From positions 352,001-416,000 of the forward strand of contig CAWFQB010000003.1 in the NCBI GenBank assembly GCA_963817895.1: 64,000 nucleotides of DNA, written 5' to 3'. Shown in pieces: positions 57,323-64,000 of the stretch. The stretch's first letter is position 1, and each line of letters begins with the position of its first letter. This DNA is from an uncultured Chthonomonadaceae bacterium. Its GTDB lineage: Bacteria > Armatimonadota > Chthonomonadetes > Chthonomonadales > Chthonomonadaceae. Under the pieces are notes generated by a model. It saw only the letters and a list, made by a program, of their open reading frames with translations, did no database searches and had not been told where the DNA came from. Both the position numbers and the translations under genes were made by a program.

Positions 57323-58596
57323 GATTTATTTATCTGTTTGGAGTCGGCGAGGCGTTCGCGGCGTTTGGGCGCGGCGGTCAGTTCGGCGAAAAGATGCTCA
57401 TATTGATCCGAAACGCGCTGGCGGGTGTAGAACTGCTCCACATAAGCGCGTCCGCGCTTGCCCATTGTTTCGGCCAGATCGCAATCGTGATACAGGCGCG
57501 TAATCGCGGCTGCCATGCCCGTCGCGTCTTCGGCTTCCGCGCACAATCCGCAATCCGCTTCCCTGATTACTTTGTAGGTATCGCTCGCGCTGTCAACGGT
57601 CGCCACTACGGGACGCGCAACCCCCATGATCGTCCACAATTTGCTGGGAACCGAGTCTTCGGTCAGGCCGCGTTTTAAGGGAATCAGGCACACGTCGCCT
57701 GCCGAATACAGTTCCGGCACGCGCTCATACGGCTGAAGCGGCAAAAACGTGACATTGCGCAACTGCATCGTTTCGGCCTGCTGCCGCAATTCGTTTTTGG
57801 ACGCGCCGTTGCCCACAATGAGAAAATGGATGTCGGGCAGGCCCGTCAATTTTTGCGCCGCCTGTAGAACGGTTTCCAATCCCTGCGACAGCCCCACGTT
57901 GCCCGCGAATACGACCACGAATTTATCGTTCAGCCCGTGTTCCCGGCTGAACGCATTGAGGCGCGGGCGCGGCGAAACGAAATCCACGTCCACAAAATTG
58001 GGGATGATTTTGAGTTTTTCGGCGGGAACATTTTTCGCCACCAGATTGCGCTGAAAACAATCGGAAATCACGCTGACGGCTGCGGCCTTGCGGTACACGA
58101 ACAGTTCCATGCGCGAAAACAGGCGAATCAAGCGCGGGTTTTTCAGGACGCCGAGCCGGACGGCCACATCCGGGTAAATGTCCTGCACATTGTAAACAAA
58201 CGGCATTCGCTTCAACGCGCTTGTAAACCATGCGGTAATACCATTCGTGAGGGGCGGGGAGGGCGCGAACAATACGTCATGGCGTTTGGTGAAAAGAATG
58301 GCGAGGGCGGACGTGATGTTGAAGGAGATATAATTCAGCAATCGCCCCGTTAATTTGCTTTTGTTTGCCGGCACATACAGATAAACCCGGCGAATATCCA
58401 CGCCGTTCTGCTGTTCGCGCGCCCACAGTTTGCCCCGGTATTTCGCCTCCACCCTGTTGTTGTCATAGTGCGGCATCCCCGTAATTACGGTGACTTGATG
58501 GCCTTTACGCGCCAGTTCTTCCGCCAGCAGGGTGATAAGAATCGCGTTTGTCGCGCTTTCCGGGCGATAATACGTGGTTAAAAAGAGAATACGCAT
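57316..58596 (-). CDS. Glycosyltransferase family 4 (WbuB-like)
   Basis: MRILFLTTYYRPE, VTVITGMPHY, YNVQDIYPD, FAGNVGLSQGLE, VPSKL. Confidence 0.93.
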   Translation of the reverse strand: MRILFLTTYYRPESATNAILITLLAEELARKGHQVTVITGMPHYDNNRVEAKYRGKLWAREQQNGVDIRRVYLYVPANKSKLTGRLLNYISFNITSALAILFTKRHDVLFAPSPPLTNGITAWFTSALKRMPFVYNVQDIYPDVAVRLGVLKNPRLIRLFSRMELFVYRKAAAVSVISDCFQRNLVAKNVPAEKLKIIPNFVDVDFVSPRPRLNAFSREHGLNDKFVVVFAGNVGLSQGLETVLQAAQKLTGLPDIHFLIVGNGASKNELRQQAETMQLRNVTFLPLQPYERVPELYSAGDVCLIPLKRGLTEDSVPSKLWTIMGVARPVVATVDSASDTYKVIREADCGLCAEAEDATGMAAAITRLYHDCDLAETMGKRGRAYVEQFYTRQRVSDQYEHLFAELTAAPKRRERLADSKQINKSP

Positions 58597-58658
58597 GATA
58601 AAGTATACGGAACAACTCGCGATAAAAAGTCGTGTAAAGTCGTGCTCAAGAGAAAAGT

Positions 58659-59612
58659 TCAGGGATTTGAGGTTCGCGCCAGTTCTTCCACAACCGCGTG
58701 GGCCAGCAGGGGAACCATGATTTCGTGCCGCCCGATGAGCGTATAGCCCTCGCCCCCGACAGAAGGCGGACGGCGAACGATGTTTTCCGTCGGGCGGTAG
58801 TGCGCGGTCATATCCATGTTGACCGCGCAAAAGTCCTGCAAACGCGCCCCCAAATTCTGCGCAATCGTAAACGCTTTGAGAAACACTTCGGGCATGATGA
58901 CGGCGGAACCGATATTCAGGTACACGCCGCCGCTTAACTCCTGAACCGCGCCCGTAAACAGCCGGAAATCGTTGAACGACGCCTGCCCCGTCGCCGCGCC
59001 ATTGGCGGACGGGTGCATGTGAATGATGTCGGTTCCCACTGCGACGTGAACGGTGACAGGAATATCTAATTCCCGTCCCGCCGCCAGCAGGCTCACTTCC
59101 CGGCAGGGCGCGTCGCTTTCCAGCAGCGCGTCGCCCAACAGCCGGCCCATGCCCGCTTCCGGCGCGGTCAGGACGCGGTTGATCGCCCCATTCATCTGTT
59201 CGCCGGTTTCGCGCGCCATGCCGAACGTGCCGTGTTCCAGCCCCGCCGCAACGTCTTCCGAGGTTTCGCCAAACAGGGCCAGTTCAAAATCGTGAATGGC
59301 TCCCGACCCGTTCATCGCAAGCGTGGTGATGATGCCGCGCCGCATTAAATCAATCAACAACGGCCCCAGTCCGCATTTTACCACATGTCCGCCGATGCTC
59401 ACTATAACGGGCCGCCCCCGCCGGTGTGACTCGGCAATGCGGCTGACAACCGTTCGGAACTGTTCCCCCGCCAGTATTCCCGGCAGCGTATCCAGAAACT
59501 CGACAAACGAGCGTCCCGACGCGGCAGGCTGCGCGAACCGTTCCCTCGCCACTTTGTTCCGGCGCGTTTCCAGCGGTATTGTTCGCACTTGCGACAGATC
59601 AACAGGACGCAT
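58659..59612 (-). CDS. Conserved protein with deoxyhypusine-synthase-like fold
   Basis: GGHVVKCGLGP, MNGSGAIHDFE, TSEDV, HVAVGTDIIHMH, YLNIGSAVIMPEVFLKA. Confidence 0.7.
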   Translation of the reverse strand: MRPVDLSQVRTIPLETRRNKVARERFAQPAASGRSFVEFLDTLPGILAGEQFRTVVSRIAESHRRGRPVIVSIGGHVVKCGLGPLLIDLMRRGIITTLAMNGSGAIHDFELALFGETSEDVAAGLEHGTFGMARETGEQMNGAINRVLTAPEAGMGRLLGDALLESDAPCREVSLLAAGRELDIPVTVHVAVGTDIIHMHPSANGAATGQASFNDFRLFTGAVQELSGGVYLNIGSAVIMPEVFLKAFTIAQNLGARLQDFCAVNMDMTAHYRPTENIVRRPPSVGGEGYTLIGRHEIMVPLLAHAVVEELARTSNP

Positions 59613-59629
59613 GGGATGCGATTCCTTCA

Positions 59630-59723
<94 letters not shown>

Positions 59724-59733
<10 letters not shown>

Positions 59734-60722
59734 CCTCTCAGTTCTTCCAGTGTCACCGGGGCGGTTCCCAGTTTGCCGACAACGATTCCCGCCGCATGGT
59801 TTGCCAGTCTGGCTCCCTCTTCCAGGGACGCGCCCGCCGCAAGGGCAAGGGCAAGGGCGCTGATAACGGTATCTCCCGCGCCGGTCACGTCGTATACGCT
59901 TTGTCCCACTGTAGGGATATGAACGGGGAGTTGGCCCGCGACAAAAAGCGACATGCCCTGCGCGCCCCGCGTCAGCAGCAATGCGCTGCCGGGGAGGAGT
60001 TCCAGCAGCCTGTCGCCAATAGCCTGCACATCGGTTTCAGAATGAATTTCGATCTGCGTGGCCCGTTCCGCCTCATGCGCGTTTGGGGTAATTACGGCTG
60101 CGCCCTGATAGCGCGTGTAATCGCTGCCTTTGGGGTCTACAATTACGGGCTTGCCATGCGCGCGCGCGCAGTCAATCAGGCCGCGAATCAGGGACGGCGA
60201 CAAAACGCCCTTGCTGTAATCGGACAGCACACAGGCTCCCACATTCGCCATTCGCGCGTTTGCCCATTGCAGCAGCGCGGCCTCCTGTTGGGCATCCAGC
60301 GCGTGGCGCTTTTCCGAATCTACGCGCGCCAACTGCTGGCTGTGCGCCACAATGCGCAGTTTCGTGGTTGTCGGACGGGTCGAATCGGAAATCAGGCCCT
60401 CGGTATCAATCTGCGCGTCTTGCAGCAAGGCGCGCAAACGCTTGCCCGCGTCATCCCTGCCAACCACGCCGCCCAAATGAACATGCCCGCTCAAATGCGC
60501 GATGTTGTTGGCGACATTGGCGGCTCCGCCGGGCATGTAGCTGCGCTCCCTGACCTCCACAACGGGAACGGGCGCTTCCGGCGAGATGCGGCGAACATCT
60601 CCCCATACATACTCGTCCAGCATCACGTCACCGACAAGAAGAACGGTTGCGCGGGCAAAATTATTGAGAAGCAAGCGTGGCGGGGGCAGGGGGTATGACG
60701 CGGCCAATTCAAGATCATCCAT
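59724..60722 (-). CDS. rfaE1: D-glycero-beta-D-manno-heptose-7-phosphate kinase (stand-alone HldE kinase domain)
   Basis: GDVMLDEY..G.VRRISPEAPVPV, GGAANVA, SDYSKG, VDPKG, DVTGAGDT, AGIVVGKLGT. Confidence 0.93.
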
Positions 60723-60918
60723 CAAAAAATCTCATCAGGTTGTCGCGGTCAGCCCAAACATAAGCGGTAGCGTATGCGGGGCAGGCAACCCCCATGTTCC
60801 CGTTTGGAAGCGACGGGACAGGGGCAGGGTTGGCGACAATACATTTCTTAAAAATATTATTCGGGGGTAGTTGTCCGACTGTGCAAGTATACCATATCTC
60901 GCGCCAAACACAGGTAAT

Positions 60919-62040
60919 TCACGACCGGGCTATCTGCGCGTAGACTGCAAGCGTGTCCCGCGCGGCCTGTTCCCACGAGAAGCGGTTCGCGTTCGCCGTT
61001 CCCTGCGCCCGCAGTCGGACGCGCAAATCGGGATCGTTGAGGCACTGGCGCAACGTTCGCGCCATGTCTTCCACGGAAACCGGATCGAAATACGCGGCCC
61101 CCTCCCCGGCAACTTCGGGCAGGGAAGCGGCGTGGGAGCAGGCAACGGGAACGCCGGCGAGTTGGGCTTCCAATGCGGGCAGGCCGAACCCCTCGTACCA
61201 GGACGGAAACACGAACAGATCGGCATGGCGCAGCAGAACAGGAACGTGGGCGTCCGGCAGATAGCCCGCGCAAACCACGCGCCCGGACAGCCCAAGCCGG
61301 ACAATATCGCGCGCGACATTGGCTTCGGGCGGCACATGCCCGATTAAAACCAGATTGTGCGCAACGTCAGGGGAAAGCAGGGCGAAGGCGGCAAGCAGGC
61401 GGGGAATGTTTTTGTTCAGGCTCTGGCTGCTGAAAGCGACGATGTACGGGGCGTTCAGGCCATGCGAACGCAGAATCGCGCGCTGTTCCTCCGAAGAGTA
61501 GGTCTGGTCAGGCTGTTTCGCGGCCTCATGCACGACGGTAACTTTGTTGGCGCGAACCCGCAAATGCTGCACGATCTGCTCTTTGGAAAACTCCGATACC
61601 GCAATGATGTGGTCGGCGTGGTGGGCGGTCTGGCGCACGAAAAATCCCAGCACAACCCGCTTGTCCGCGCGCATCGCCCCTTTGAACGCGCGATAGTTGA
61701 GGTCGTGAATGGTGACGACGTGCTTGCAGGGGGCGTGAATCGGGCCGACATAGCCGAGCGAGTGAAGCACGTCCAATTCTCTGTGCTTCAACTGGCGCGG
61801 CAGAGCCAACTGCTCATACCGATACCGCGCGGACCGGGCATGCGCCCGCACCGGGCAGACAATCCGCTCAAAGTTGGGGGCGGAGGGCAGCGGCAAATCC
61901 CGCGCCTCCTCATTGACGAACAGCGCGTACTCGTGTGGTTCAGGCCGATTTGCCAGCGCCCTGAGCAACTCCTGCGCGTATGTTTGCGTGCCGCCCACGA
62001 TGCCGGGAAGCAGATAAAGCAGATTGATGCCGATTCGCAT
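60919..62040 (-). CDS. Glycosyltransferase family 4
   Basis: VVTIHDL, IIAVSEFSK, KNIPRLL, FVFPSWYEGFGLPALEA. Confidence 0.93.
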   Translation of the reverse strand: MRIGINLLYLLPGIVGGTQTYAQELLRALANRPEPHEYALFVNEEARDLPLPSAPNFERIVCPVRAHARSARYRYEQLALPRQLKHRELDVLHSLGYVGPIHAPCKHVVTIHDLNYRAFKGAMRADKRVVLGFFVRQTAHHADHIIAVSEFSKEQIVQHLRVRANKVTVVHEAAKQPDQTYSSEEQRAILRSHGLNAPYIVAFSSQSLNKNIPRLLAAFALLSPDVAHNLVLIGHVPPEANVARDIVRLGLSGRVVCAGYLPDAHVPVLLRHADLFVFPSWYEGFGLPALEAQLAGVPVACSHAASLPEVAGEGAAYFDPVSVEDMARTLRQCLNDPDLRVRLRAQGTANANRFSWEQAARDTLAVYAQIARS

Positions 62041-62049
62041 GTGTCGCCC

Positions 62050-62859
62050 CTAAAACCCGACGCCCAGGGAAAACGCGAAGAATTTGCCGCGCACCAGCCC
62101 CACATTGGCATTGATGTCAAATGAGCCGCGCCCCCTGCCGATTTGCTGCGCAATCAAAACGCCCTGATTGAAGCCGAAGCCGTCATATTCCAGATAAACC
62201 CGCGCCGGCCCGCCAAGCCAGTAACTCGCGGAACCGAAGCCGTTGCCGAAGCGGTGCGTTCCCAATCCCGCGCTGACAAAAAGCGGTCGGTCGCTCCCGA
62301 CATCTACCGGGTACGTGAACACGCCGAAAATGGATTGGGAGGAGTTGCGGTCTGTCGGCTGCCCCGCGCCCGCCGAACCGCCCCGACCCTGCCCGTCCTG
62401 AACGCCGATGGATACGCCAAGCCGATTTTTATGGACGGGAATCAATCCCACCTGTAGATTGTATACCTGATCCAGAGCGTAGCTTTTGATGAAATCCGTA
62501 AAGGCGATATTGAACTGCCCGAAAGTGTGTCCATACGTGCCGACCAGCGTTCCGTTCACCTTTTTGTCGTCGAGGGAGAACGCGCCGCGAAAGTTCATGC
62601 CACCGTTGCCAAAGAAAAAAGAATCGTGTCCCAGAACGTAAGCGGTGGGCGTGGAGAACGCGGTGGGGCCGGTCAGGGAGCGATGCCCCCGCTCATCCGT
62701 GCCGTAACCGCCGCCCGCCAGCCCGGATAGATTCCGATACTGCGGATAGTCGTTTTTGCCCAGAAAAGGGTCCATCGGAGCGTTCTGTCCGAACGTTCGC
62801 AGCGGCAGCGCCGCAAAGCCTGCCAGAAGACAGAAGCGCCCGAAAGTATGTTTGCGCAT
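62050..62859 (-). CDS. Exported, probable outer-membrane beta-barrel protein (YjbH-like)
   Basis: Signal peptide, SIGVQD, LEYDG, Gly/aromatic-rich strands, C-terminal SLGVGF. Confidence 0.55.
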   Translation of the reverse strand: MRKHTFGRFCLLAGFAALPLRTFGQNAPMDPFLGKNDYPQYRNLSGLAGGGYGTDERGHRSLTGPTAFSTPTAYVLGHDSFFFGNGGMNFRGAFSLDDKKVNGTLVGTYGHTFGQFNIAFTDFIKSYALDQVYNLQVGLIPVHKNRLGVSIGVQDGQGRGGSAGAGQPTDRNSSQSIFGVFTYPVDVGSDRPLFVSAGLGTHRFGNGFGSASYWLGGPARVYLEYDGFGFNQGVLIAQQIGRGRGSFDINANVGLVRGKFFAFSLGVGF

Positions 62860-62899
62860 GCAATATTCCTTTGTTCAGGCCACCATAGCCTTGTGTTGG

Positions 62900-64000
62900 T
62901 TATCTATCTGAGCCTTCGCCGTCCGCTGTCCTGCGCCGAATACAGGCGGGACACAGCCCACATGCGGCGGGAACCATCAGCGCGGGATCAATCATCATGC
63001 GATAGCGCGGCAGGCTGAAAAACACGACTACGATCAGCGCGTAAAACAGGGGTACGGCGGCCAGCGGCCAGAAAAAGCGCAGGTCTTTGCGCAGCAGCCA
63101 GTAACCGCGCAGGGCGCACAGCAGCAGCGCCAACCCCGGAACCCACACCAGGACGGACTGCCCTTTGGGATGGTTGCCATCTCGGATGAGAAACAGGAAC
63201 AGCTTGTTCGGTATCAGTTGCAGGGGGCGCAAAGGGTGCTGCCGCATGTAGTCCATTGCCGCCCGCCGTAACAGCGCGTCCTGCCGCATCTCCCAATCCG
63301 TTGTTACGGGCAGGGCGTGAATGGCGGCGCGAGTTTCGGGCGTGAACCAGATTTCCTTGCCGTCCGCCTGATACGTTCCCCCGTTGGCGACCGGCCCCTG
63401 CCCCCGAAACAGATTGGTTCCACTGGTATTCGTCAGCACGAAGGCCCCAAAATCGCGATGATTGCGGATCAGCCAGGGCGCGTACAGCAGGCAGCAGACC
63501 CCGACAGCGCAGGCCATTTGCGCGCAACGGGAGGGATGCCGCCAGCCCATTCCCAGCAGCAGCAGCAGGCACAGGGGCAGACATTCCGAGCGTGTCAGGG
63601 CCAGCAGCCCCGCCGTCACGCCGAGAATCAACGCGCTTTTCCAGCCCGCTCGTTTCCCCGCAAACTCCGCGCCGTTCACGTCGTTCGTGATTTCGCAGGC
63701 CGCAAGCAGAAAACACAGCAGCAGCAGCAAAAAGAAGTTCAGCGGATGCACTTCGACAACAGAATACGCCAGTGTCGGGTACGTGGCTCCCAGCAGGGCC
63801 GCGACAATGCCGATACGCCCTCCGAACAGGCGGTTTCCCAATGCGTACAAACACGCGCACCACAACCCCCCGGCCAGGCAGTGCAGCAATTGAACGCCAA
63901 TCAGCGCCGTCCGGTCGTTCAGAATGGCGGGAAACGGCAGGCCGCGCAATCGAAATACGAGCGCCAGGAACAGGGGGTACAGCGGCGGCTGATAGGCCGA
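62900..64000 (-). CDS. ArnT/PMT-like (GT-C) membrane glycosyltransferase, 5' end outside window
   Basis: AYQPPLYP, many TM helices, GLLALTRSE, PWLIRNH, LPRYR. Confidence 0.82.
   Translation of the reverse strand, partial: SAYQPPLYPLFLALVFRLRGLPFPAILNDRTALIGVQLLHCLAGGLWCACLYALGNRLFGGRIGIVAALLGATYPTLAYSVVEVHPLNFFLLLLLCFLLAACEITNDVNGAEFAGKRAGWKSALILGVTAGLLALTRSECLPLCLLLLLGMGWRHPSRCAQMACAVGVCCLLYAPWLIRNHRDFGAFVLTNTSGTNLFRGQGPVANGGTYQADGKEIWFTPETRAAIHALPVTTDWEMRQDALLRRAAMDYMRQHPLRPLQLIPNKLFLFLIRDGNHPKGQSVLVWVPGLALLLCALRGYWLLRKDLRFFWPLAAVPLFYALIVVVFFSLPRYRMMIDPALMVPAACGLCPACIRRRTADGEGSDR

Overview
GC-rich bacterial chromosomal window. The RNA polymerase sequence, SARP-ATPase-TPR regulator and HEAT-repeat proteins are compatible with an Armatimonadota-like organism, but that is an unverified inference. 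It holds the end of rpoB and all of rpoC, an ISAzo13-family IS with clean ends, many accessory genes (nucleases, serpin, hydrolases, transporters), icd-mdh, tRNA-Pro(CGG) and the start of a surface-polysaccharide/heptose cluster. Single-base frameshifts are pervasive, even in rpoC, and look like long-read assembly errors rather than pseudogenes. Four signals stand out. (1) A five-gene minus-strand operon at 47.7-51.8 kb encodes a eukaryote-like ubiquitination set: SWIM plus RING-like putative E3, E1, ubiquitin-like protein, E2 (HPN motif reversed to NPH) and a membrane-anchored JAB peptidase. (2) A tandem array of three non-canonical tRNA-like RNAs at 21.4-21.7 kb shares one body but carries different anticodon arms (Glu, Cys, Met-like). 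(3) Heptamer/octamer-repeat hairpin elements occupy gene junctions, sit in frame inside proteins, and are the target of the IS. (4) The beta-prime trigger loop carries an unusual helical insertion.
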